Both the position numbers and the translations under genes were made by a program. A stretch of DNA of 6,041 nucleotides, from IMG/VR virus record IMGVR_UViG_2711768058_000006; one strand, 5' to 3'. Below, piece by piece: positions 1-6,041 of the stretch. The notes under the pieces are model-generated. The model saw only the letters and a program-made list of their open reading frames with translations, made no database searches and was not told where the DNA came from. This stretch comes from a virus (Duplodnaviria; Heunggongvirae; Uroviricota; Caudoviricetes). Numbering within the stretch: the first letter of the stretch is position 1; each line of letters opens with the position of its first letter.

Positions 1-1286
1 ATCTCTGTGAACTTACACAGCCTAACCAATACTTAATCTGTGATTCTTACGGTAACTACTATTTACGGATCACGCTGCCTGTGTATATGCAGCCCTTTTT
101 TGAAGGAAAAAGGACGTTTGTCAGGAGTCTGCACACAAGTAATCTTCGTGTTGCACGTAGAAAGCGTGATCAGATTGCAGATGAATACCATTGCTTACGG
201 GAGAGTGTTGCCCCTGTAAACAGCACAATAGAGAACACGCTGGAGCTATTACGCAGTAAGGCTAAATACGCCAAAACAGCTACCAGAATGCAAGATACAG
301 CGTCTTCGTGTCCGTCATTGCTTAAAATTCTTGAAATCTACCTGACAATTAACAGCACGAAGAAGAAGCCAGCCACTTTAGCTAAGGCAAGAAAAGCGGT
401 AGAGATGTTTCTCTCCTACCGTAAAAAGCCTGATATTGCATTGCAAGATGTGAGCCGCACCACTGTTACAGGCTGGATTGAACACATGCAAAAAACCCTT
501 TCACAACAATCAATTGCAAATTATATCAGCCCAATGGCCCAGCTATGGGAGTTAGCTTCATCACGTTACCACGATGCGCCAGAAAGGGCGCTCTCCCCCT
601 GGCGAGGGCATAGGCTTGATGTGGCACAAAGTAGAGAGAGCTACGAGGCATTTTCTAACAAAGAGCTATTGCAGGTGTTGCAAGTATTTTCCGGTAATTC
701 AGCAGAAAACAAAGAAATGATGGCTTTGTGTCTTATCGGTTTATATACAGGTATGCGGATCAATGAGATAGCAAGTCTCACAATAGACGATGTGAAAGAG
801 ATCGAAGGTGTGCTGTGTTTTGAAATCACACAGGGAAAAACGAAAGCTGCGGCACGTGTTGTGCCTGTGCATAGCCTTATCACTCCGTTGGTGTTATCTC
901 TTCGTGAAAAGCCTCACAATGGCTTTTTGTTCTATCACGCCAGCATCACAGAACGTGCTGATGGTAAACGTTCCACGTGGCACACGCAGAGATTTACAAG
1001 AGCTAAACGAAAGGCTTTAGGGGAAAAGGGAACAGAAAGGAAGGTGTTTCATTCTCTGAGACACGGAGTAGCACAGCTTCTTGATCGAAATCAAATTCCA
1101 GAAGACAGGATCGCCCTTCTCCTGGGCCATACACGCGGCAATACAGAGACATTCCGCACATATAGCAAGAATGCAGCTTCTCCAGTAGAGCTTAAAAACT
1201 ATATTGAGCTTCTACGCTACCCTGAAATAGAGAAAGGCTTATCAATCAATAAAAAATCAAATTTAAGGCGTAAAACAACGCCATAG
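1..1286 (+). CDS. int: Tyrosine-type site-specific integrase (lambda Int-like), 5' partial; frame is open from nt 3 to the window edge
   Basis: The frame of the 81..1286 ORF has no stop back to nt 3 and no ATG or SD before 87, so the gene most likely starts left of the window. The upstream in-frame translation ...NQYLICDSYGNYYLRITLPVYMQPFFEGKRTFVRSLHT resembles the lambda Int arm-binding N-terminus (NGYYCYRDPRTGKEFGLG, from memory). The C-terminal catalytic signatures are present: LYTGMRINE (box I Arg), HSLRHGVAQLL (H-x-x-R) and LLGHTRGNTETFRTY (His plus Tyr nucleophile). Stop is TAG at 1284-1286. Confidence 0.9.
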   Translation, partial: LCELTQPNQYLICDSYGNYYLRITLPVYMQPFFEGKRTFVRSLHTSNLRVARRKRDQIADEYHCLRESVAPVNSTIENTLELLRSKAKYAKTATRMQDTASSCPSLLKILEIYLTINSTKKKPATLAKARKAVEMFLSYRKKPDIALQDVSRTTVTGWIEHMQKTLSQQSIANYISPMAQLWELASSRYHDAPERALSPWRGHRLDVAQSRESYEAFSNKELLQVLQVFSGNSAENKEMMALCLIGLYTGMRINEIASLTIDDVKEIEGVLCFEITQGKTKAAARVVPVHSLITPLVLSLREKPHNGFLFYHASITERADGKRSTWHTQRFTRAKRKALGEKGTERKVFHSLRHGVAQLLDRNQIPEDRIALLLGHTRGNTETFRTYSKNAASPVELKNYIELLRYPEIEKGLSINKKSNLRRKTTP

Positions 1287-1293
1287 ACGCAAT

Positions 1294-1327
1294 AAAGAGG
1301 CTTCAACATAGATTGGTAGCCTCTTTT
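1294..1327. terminator. Candidate bidirectional intrinsic terminator between the convergent integrase and 237-aa genes
   Basis: Perfect 9-bp inverted repeat AAAGAGGCT (1294-1302) / AGCCTCTTT (1318-1326) around a 15-nt loop. The 3' arm ends in CTCTTTT on the + strand and is followed by TTTATT on the - strand. The loop is unusually long, so strength is uncertain. Confidence 0.4.
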
Positions 1328-1367
1328 ACAATTACATCGTTACAGAGCGTTTTATAGGCGTTTACGG

Positions 1368-2081
1368 CTATTCCTGCTTAAAGGCAGGCGTAATAGTATC
1401 TTCACCTTCACTACTTGATTTTTCAGTGTTAACACGTTTTTTCATATTCGCCCCGATGTTCTTAGATGGCTGTGTTTTGATAGCTACAGTGTTTACTGTG
1501 CCATAAGACACTAATCTGATCTGTTCAAATTCCAAATCAAATACCAGAGATTCGCTTGCCTCTTCTGTGTATTCGATGCCTGTTAAAACAACGTTCTCAA
1601 AAGTTTTATTTTCTGTAACAAGAAGAAAAGGCTGTCTACTGTCCATAATCTGATTCAGGTAATCTATAGCCAATGATCTTCTGTTCCCGTTCACCCCTGC
1701 ACTCTTTAACAAGCCAGGATCGCTTTTAATCGGTGTTTCAGTGATACGCCCTTTAAGAGAAAACTTATTATTCTTCACTTGAACGTGATCAGACACAGTA
1801 GCACCATTTTCTACGGGGTAGCTTGTGACATCTGCCGAACGTCTCACGTTCACATCGTCTACACTATCAAAGGCCAGTGCCATATAATTTTCATAAACGT
1901 CATTACCAGAAGATGCCAAGCCACTGGTAACAATAGCAAATCCATTCTCTCCTTTTGTTTTATTAGCTTTGCTATTTTCGTTTTTTGTAGAATTTATATC
2001 TTGTTCTGCTTTGTAAACAGCCTGAACGTGTTGTTCTGGGGAGTTTGCTGCACGTATGGTTAAAATCCCGGCGGTCGCCAT
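1368..2081 (-). CDS. Hypothetical protein, 237 aa; possible virion or tail-tip component (weak call)
   Basis: Intact ORF with ATG at 2079-2081 preceded by AAGGAAA, and last gene of the leftward operon. Lys/Asn/Ser-rich N-terminus and acidic C-terminal tail. The segment QPFLLVTENKTFENVVLTGIEYTEEASESLVFDLEFEQIRLV loosely resembles the C-terminus of lambda minor tail protein M (...VEFSAEFEQVVN, from memory). This is motif-level only. Confidence 0.6.
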   Translation of the reverse strand: MATAGILTIRAANSPEQHVQAVYKAEQDINSTKNENSKANKTKGENGFAIVTSGLASSGNDVYENYMALAFDSVDDVNVRRSADVTSYPVENGATVSDHVQVKNNKFSLKGRITETPIKSDPGLLKSAGVNGNRRSLAIDYLNQIMDSRQPFLLVTENKTFENVVLTGIEYTEEASESLVFDLEFEQIRLVSYGTVNTVAIKTQPSKNIGANMKKRVNTEKSSSEGEDTITPAFKQE

Positions 2082-2103
2082 AATAATAATTTTCCTTGTA
2101 ATG

Positions 2104-3948
2104 TTATGGGGGGAATTCCCCGCCGTTGGATTGTCCTGATAAGCTGGTTAATGTTAATGATTTCAAGAAGCTATCCCGACTTGCTCTCGCTGTAAAATCC
2201 ACATAATCGCTTAATCTTGATGTGTCAGAATTAATAGTAAGCGGAACCTCTGTTACCACTTCAAATGTAGGATTCAGATTAAACACAGGAGATAAATTAT
2301 AAGCCGGAGTTGTCATTGCAAGATTATTTAAAGCACCCTGTTTGAGATTGGTTATCGGTGCTTCGCTGACTGACATTTTTACATCTGACACAGAAGATTT
2401 ATCATCGAAAAGCAATCCCTTAATCGTGTTAAAGAGAGAATGACTATTATCAGGTGTAGTTGTTGCAGTGCCAGCGCCTTTATATTGATCAGGAACGAGA
2501 TCAGAAAGATTTTGTTTCATTCCATCATTACTCAAAGGCGGTGCATCCCCCATATTTTTCTGAATAGCTTCCGTCTTATCATCATTACGATTAAACCAGT
2601 TTACAATCTTCATAATAGCTTCAAAGAGACTTCCTGTAGCTTCTCCTAGCTTCGTAAAATACGGAGTGAGATTAGAAAGGTTTTTCATAAACTCTTCCGT
2701 TACTTTTGGATCAAGAGATTTCATAAAGCCGTCTACGAATGCTACTTGCCTTGCATCAGAAAGCTGTGAAAGCTGTCTGTTTAGTTCTCTGAATTTAACA
2801 ATAGAGTCTTGCTGTGTTTCTGTTAGCCATTGTCCGGCGGCTTTTTGCTGATTAATACTTTCTTGTACATCTTTAACGGAACGTTGCCAATATTTTGACG
2901 TAAGCATCAAATCATCGCCCAGGTCTTCTAAACGTTGTCCAATTTGGGAGTCTGAAAAACCTTTTTTCATCATTCCATTAACAGCCTTAGAAATTAATCC
3001 GGCTGGATTATCAGCAAATTTTTTAAGGTCGCTTTTGTTAATAACACCGATGTTTAGAAGTTCATTAATAGCGTTATCACCGCCTTTCCATTCGCCGCCT
3101 TTACCAGTTTTTTTATCGACTACATATTCAGCTTCACTATAGGATTTTGCGGCACGTTCCCTAACATCTTTCATCTGATCCAGGTATTTCCTAGCCCCTT
3201 GATCACCCATCATAGAGTCAACGCCGTTTCTATACGCCCATTCTGTAATATTATACATCTGGTTAACGTCTACACCGCCAAGCCTTGCACGTTGGATTAA
3301 TTCTCCTTGTGTTTCAGCATTAGCGAAGCTGTTAGCCATAAATTCAGAGGTTTTACTAACAGCCATCACGCCAGCAGCAGCCGTAGCGCCTCCAAATAAC
3401 AGAGCGCCCATAGTGGCGGAGTTCCCTGATCCTCCCTTAACGGGGGCTAATTGAGCTTTTCTGTTGCCATTAATCTTACGTTGTTGCTGTTGTAGGCGTT
3501 TCATCTGACTATTCATACGTGCAAGCGAGATAGCCCCTTGCTCATATTGTTTTGCTATCTCTCTAGCCTGTGCAATAGCTTTGTATTGTTCCGCTACAGA
3601 GAGGCGGTGCATTGCACTGATAGAGCTTGACACATCGAGGAGCTTTAATTCTGCTTTCTCCTTACGTGCTGCTATTTGTTGCTGTTGCCTTGCCTGTGCT
3701 CTTGCTGCGGCAGCTTGTGCTCTTTGATTCTGTTTTTCGTTTTTCGCTTTCTGTTGAGCAATCTTGTCTACCTCGTTTTGTGCTTTCTTATAGCCTTTAG
3801 TGACAGTATCGAATCTTAATTTAGCTGGCTTGATATTTTCTGCGAATTCCTTTAAGCCTGTAATAGAGTCTTTCGCTTTTTTCAAGCTGTCTTTATCTAC
3901 ACTAAATGTAACTGTGTTCTTAATTTTAGAAGTGTTAATTTCTAACAT
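2104..3948 (-). CDS. Large coiled-coil protein, 614 aa; tail tape-measure-like or internal virion protein-like (hypothesis)
   Basis: ATG at 3946-3948 with SD AAGGGGA 6 nt upstream. The N-terminal third is Q/A/R/K-rich low-complexity coiled coil (QKAKNEKQNQRAQAAAARAQARQQQQIAARKEKAELK, about 3650-3720). This is followed by a Gly/Ala-rich hydrophobic stretch GGSGNSATMGALLFGGATAAAGVMAVS (about 3355-3435) and a long, apparently helical C-terminal region. That combination is typical of phage tape-measure or minor tail proteins, but no family is confirmed. Confidence 0.7.
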   Translation of the reverse strand: MLEINTSKIKNTVTFSVDKDSLKKAKDSITGLKEFAENIKPAKLRFDTVTKGYKKAQNEVDKIAQQKAKNEKQNQRAQAAAARAQARQQQQIAARKEKAELKLLDVSSSISAMHRLSVAEQYKAIAQAREIAKQYEQGAISLARMNSQMKRLQQQQRKINGNRKAQLAPVKGGSGNSATMGALLFGGATAAAGVMAVSKTSEFMANSFANAETQGELIQRARLGGVDVNQMYNITEWAYRNGVDSMMGDQGARKYLDQMKDVRERAAKSYSEAEYVVDKKTGKGGEWKGGDNAINELLNIGVINKSDLKKFADNPAGLISKAVNGMMKKGFSDSQIGQRLEDLGDDLMLTSKYWQRSVKDVQESINQQKAAGQWLTETQQDSIVKFRELNRQLSQLSDARQVAFVDGFMKSLDPKVTEEFMKNLSNLTPYFTKLGEATGSLFEAIMKIVNWFNRNDDKTEAIQKNMGDAPPLSNDGMKQNLSDLVPDQYKGAGTATTTPDNSHSLFNTIKGLLFDDKSSVSDVKMSVSEAPITNLKQGALNNLAMTTPAYNLSPVFNLNPTFEVVTEVPLTINSDTSRLSDYVDFTARASRDSFLKSLTLTSLSGQSNGGEFPP

Positions 3949-3962
3949 TTAAAATCCCCTTA

Positions 3963-4166
3963 TTAATCATTTTTATCACCTTCTTTGCTTAAGAAATGGT
4001 GTAGAGCCTGATCAATGCTCTCGTTTAATCTGAACATACGGGCTTTTACGCCTTCATAGGGAACATCTAAAAGAGAACATAGATATTTCAGATTTAACAA
4101 GCCTCTAGAATCATTAGCATCTAAATGTACGTGTACACCATTTTTTGATTTCAGAATCACTTCCAT
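3963..4166 (-). CDS. Small hypothetical protein, 67 aa
   Basis: ATG at 4164-4166 with a strong SD (AGAGGTGA, about 8 nt spacing). Its stop lies 14 bp before the 614-aa start, and it sits immediately downstream of the 4209-4235 hairpin. No recognisable motif. Confidence 0.55.
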   Translation of the reverse strand: MEVILKSKNGVHVHLDANDSRGLLNLKYLCSLLDVPYEGVKARMFRLNESIDQALHHFLSKEGDKND

Positions 4167-4190
4167 ATTTTAATCACCTCTCAAAATTTA

Positions 4191-4235
4191 AAAAAATAAA
4201 TAAAAAAAGGCGAAGCGTGAATACACGCCACGCCT
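4191..4235 (-). terminator. Rho-independent terminator or attenuator on the minus strand, immediately after the 342-aa gene
   Basis: GC-rich hairpin: + strand GGCGAAGCGTG (4209-4219), loop AATA, CACGCCACGCC (4224-4234), giving 9 of 11 pairs. On the minus strand it is followed by a long U-tract (+ strand A-run 4191-4208, AAAAAAATAAATAAAAAAA). Its position inside the operon suggests partial termination, which would give higher expression of the upstream 120-aa and 342-aa genes. Confidence 0.6.
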
Positions 4236-4253
4236 CTATTACACGTTAAAATA

Positions 4254-5282
4254 TTATTTAACAGTGATTTGAACGGAGAAGCCTACACCGTGGTTTACCA
4301 CCATCTGGCTATTCTCGGTCACTACGTGCACTGCGTCGCCGCGAGAACCCTCATAACTATAGCTATACACCTCAGCAGGAGCGGCATTAATCAGTTCAAA
4401 GGTGCTGGAAGCTGCCCCGTAGATGCTCTGGTAGACGTTAGAGAATTTAGAGAACTTCGGAATCGCAACCGCATCAGAAGTCATATGTGCAAGGTGTAGC
4501 GGATCTACCAGTTTAACAACATCAATGTTAGTTCCTGGAATAGTGAACGCTGTCACTCCTGGTAGCAGGTCACGACGCTGATACACAACATTCCCTTCTT
4601 CCAGTGGGCTTACATACTGGAATGCGTTTGCCATACCAGCAGAGAATCGAATTGCAGAGAAGGCTTCCGGCTTACAGAAAACAACAATACGCTCTACAGC
4701 CGCCGCCTGACTCTGTGCTTTTTCGATAATGTCAGTAGCAATCTGATCAAATTCTTTAAAAATCTTCGTGGTGTCAGTGCTGGAAGCGTTCACAGTGGCT
4801 TTCATAGCTGATACGTTAAACAGCTTGCCCCACTCAATTAACACATCATCAGTTTTAGGCGTGTAAGTTTTGCCAGAGAACAAAGAAGCCGCCAACACGC
4901 TCTCTTTAGTACGCTGGAATGCAACATTGTGTTTAGCGATATATTCCGCATAGATATCAGTGAGTGTTTCCTGAAAATCAGTGCCAGGCTTACGCTTGCC
5001 TTGAACATCAGAAGGTCTAATCACATCCTCACGAAGAAAATACGGGATTTCGATCAGCCATTCTTTACCTTGTTCTCGCTTAGTAACGTTGTGTTCAGAA
5101 GAGAAACGAGAGGTTTCTTTGTTGAACAGAGATTCGTTGCTTTCGACAAGCTGGGAAACAGCTACTTTATGAGAACTAACGCCCACCGGATCAGTGAAGT
5201 CGAGAGTAGAAAGTAGATAATTTCTAGTGCTATGCGCAGAGAACAAAGGAGCTAAATCAACGTAATCATTACCTAGAATCAT
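4254..5282 (-). CDS. Putative major capsid protein, HK97-fold-like, 342 aa (hypothesis)
   Basis: ATG at 5280-5282 with SD AAAGGAA. The internal segment AVERIVVFCKPEAFSAIRFSAGMANAFQYVSPLEEGN parallels a segment I recall from T7 gp10 (DRVFYCDPDSYSAILAALMPNAANYAALIDPEKGS) and, more loosely, lambda gpE (IIVFDPKGWALFRSF). Length is close to lambda E (341 aa). The gene is followed by a strong terminator, consistent with a highly expressed structural protein. Not verified by any search. Confidence 0.7.
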   Translation of the reverse strand: MILGNDYVDLAPLFSAHSTRNYLLSTLDFTDPVGVSSHKVAVSQLVESNESLFNKETSRFSSEHNVTKREQGKEWLIEIPYFLREDVIRPSDVQGKRKPGTDFQETLTDIYAEYIAKHNVAFQRTKESVLAASLFSGKTYTPKTDDVLIEWGKLFNVSAMKATVNASSTDTTKIFKEFDQIATDIIEKAQSQAAAVERIVVFCKPEAFSAIRFSAGMANAFQYVSPLEEGNVVYQRRDLLPGVTAFTIPGTNIDVVKLVDPLHLAHMTSDAVAIPKFSKFSNVYQSIYGAASSTFELINAAPAEVYSYSYEGSRGDAVHVVTENSQMVVNHGVGFSVQITVK

Positions 5283-5300
5283 TTATTATTATTCCTTTTA

Positions 5301-5663
5301 TTAAGAAGTGAAAACAGAGTGGAACCCTTCAAGCTGGAAGCCTTTTTTAATTAATGCTGTTTTTGCTGCTTCACTTACAGCATTCAGCGCATCAGCTTTG
5401 ATGCAGACAAGGCCAGCATTAGCACGAAGCACATCTACAGGCTTGTTTTCTCCAGCCGTTACAAATTCACTCATAACAACATAGATATCATCTCCTGATT
5501 CATATTTAGCGCCCGTGCTGGTGATCAAGTCTCCGCACTCAACATCAGCAGGAAGAGAAGCAAAAACCTTGCTTTCTACAGAGGCAAACGGATCAGTACA
5601 ATAACTTACAATATCTGTGAAAGTCTTTCGAACTGGAAATAGAGCGTCTAAATCAATAATCAT
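5301..5663 (-). CDS. Hypothetical protein, 120 aa; possible capsid accessory (decoration or scaffold-like) protein, based on position only
   Basis: ATG at 5661-5663 with a canonical SD (AAGGAGA, 8 nt spacing). It sits directly upstream of the capsid-like gene, analogous to a small head-accessory gene preceding a capsid gene. No sequence motif recognised. Confidence 0.65.
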   Translation of the reverse strand: MIIDLDALFPVRKTFTDIVSYCTDPFASVESKVFASLPADVECGDLITSTGAKYESGDDIYVVMSEFVTAGENKPVDVLRANAGLVCIKADALNAVSEAAKTALIKKGFQLEGFHSVFTS

Positions 5664-5872
5664 TTAGTAATCTCCTTAGCTTTTAATTTGATTAATTCAT
5701 TAAGGGAAGGTGTAGACGGAGAAGAAGGAGAAAAATATTTTTCAACACATCTTTCTACTTCCTCGACAGAACACCCAGCGTATTTAGCTACCATTTCGGT
5801 AATTTGTGGAGTAATTCGCAGCATTTCATTTTTATATTTTATGATTTGCTCTTTATCGTTTAAAAACAACAT
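5660..5872 (-). CDS. Small hypothetical protein, 70 aa; possible helix-turn-helix DNA-binding protein
   Basis: First gene of the leftward operon. ATG at 5870-5872 with a weak SD (AAGGT). Its TGA stop overlaps the ATG of the 120-aa gene (ATGA at 5660-5663), suggesting translational coupling. The segment ITEMVAKYAGCSVEEVERCVEKY has an HTH-like helix-turn-helix pattern. Confidence 0.55.
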   Translation of the reverse strand: MLFLNDKEQIIKYKNEMLRITPQITEMVAKYAGCSVEEVERCVEKYFSPSSPSTPSLNELIKLKAKEITK

Positions 5873-6028
5873 TTATATAAACCTTGTTACCTTGTTTAAA
5901 GTAAGAAATACAACTTTTAAGTTGCATAACGGGCAAAATAAAAGGCAGCATTTAAAGCCGCCTTTGTAATTACCCTATGTTATGCACACTCCAAGATGTA
6001 TGCATAACAAAGGAAAGAGGTATAGGTA
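5873..6028. promoter_or_regulatory. Divergent promoter/operator region with repeated operator-like half-sites
   Basis: Perfect inverted repeat TGTTATGCA (5978-5986) / TGCATAACA (6001-6009) with a 14-bp spacer. A third copy of the half-site, TGCATAAC, lies at 5923-5930. There is a dyad CAACTT-TT-AAGTTG at 5911-5924 and a tandem repeat CCTTGTTA/CCTTGTTT at 5882-5897 next to the 70-aa start. Exact -35/-10 elements could not be assigned with confidence. Confidence 0.45.
5931..5966 (-). terminator. Terminator-like hairpin on the minus strand inside the right intergenic region
   Basis: Minus-strand sequence AAAGGCGGC-tttaaat-GCTGCCTTT (9-bp stem with one G-U pair, + strand 5941-5966) followed by TTTTATTTTG (+ strand 5931-5940). 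Confidence 0.35.
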
Positions 6029-6041
6029 ATGACTCCAACTT
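6029..6041 (+). CDS. Possible 5' end of a rightward gene, truncated by the window edge; product unknown
   Basis: ATG at 6029-6031 preceded by AAAGGAAAGAGG (AGAGG 8 nt upstream). Only 4 codons are visible. The alternative is that a minus-strand gene from beyond the window ends at the TAA at 5969-5971 (that frame is open from 5972 to 6041). Confidence 0.25.

Noticed and set aside
81-89. GTG at 81 or ATG at 87 as the true integrase start
   Set aside because: There is no SD upstream, the frame is open to the window edge, and the upstream codons encode arm-binding-like residues (GNYYLR). The gene is more likely 5'-truncated by the window.
641-1020. ORFs 641..883 (-) and 808..1020 (+) inside the integrase gene
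   Set aside because: They lie entirely within the integrase reading frame region on alternative frames or antisense, have no ribosome-binding site and have odd composition. Treated as frame artefacts.
1515-1550. tRNA T-loop-like string (GTTCAAATTCC) as a possible tRNA or att remnant
   Set aside because: It is inside the 237-aa coding region with no surrounding cloverleaf complementarity. No tRNA can be supported.
2110-2121. Perfect 12-bp palindrome GGGGAATTCCCC at the 3' end of the 614-aa gene
   Set aside because: It lies inside coding sequence (encoding ...GEFPP), occurs once, and has no flanking repeats. Probably coincidental, though a role as a binding site near the next gene's start is not excluded.
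1779-2851. Plus-strand ORFs 1779..2063, 2440..2649 and 2666..2851, antisense to the 237-aa and 614-aa genes
   Set aside because: They are embedded antisense in well-supported minus-strand genes, are Cys/Ile/Phe-rich and lack SD sequences.
4269-5969. Plus-strand ORFs 4269..4499, 4929..5216 and 5688..5969
   Set aside because: They are antisense to the 342-aa and 70-aa genes with no translation signals. The 5688..5969 ORF also runs through the regulatory region and the terminator hairpin.
1-6041. CRISPR array, IS element, terminal inverted repeats or rRNA
   Set aside because: No spaced direct repeats, no transposase-like ORF and no rRNA-like sequence were seen. The only short repeats are the operator-like motifs at 5880-6010.

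Overview
The window looks like one end of an integrated mobile element. On the + strand there is a 5'-truncated tyrosine integrase (to 1286). Converging on it is a tightly packed six-gene leftward operon (5872 down to 1368, minus strand) whose products I cannot confidently assign to named families. By motif and composition, read by eye and from memory, two look like virion proteins: a 342-aa protein with an HK97-fold major-capsid-like segment and a 614-aa coiled-coil protein resembling a tail tape measure or internal virion protein. No terminase, portal, protease or tail-tube gene is present, and the intergenic gaps are only 14-22 bp, so this does not look like a decayed prophage. It is better explained as a compact, possibly undescribed module such as a phage satellite or another integrase-borne cargo system. 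At the right edge, a 156-bp region carries three copies of a TTATGCA-type operator half-site, further dyad symmetries and a terminator-like hairpin. No rRNA, tRNA, CRISPR array or IS element was seen. All functional calls other than the integrase are hypotheses that need homology or structure searches, which I could not run.
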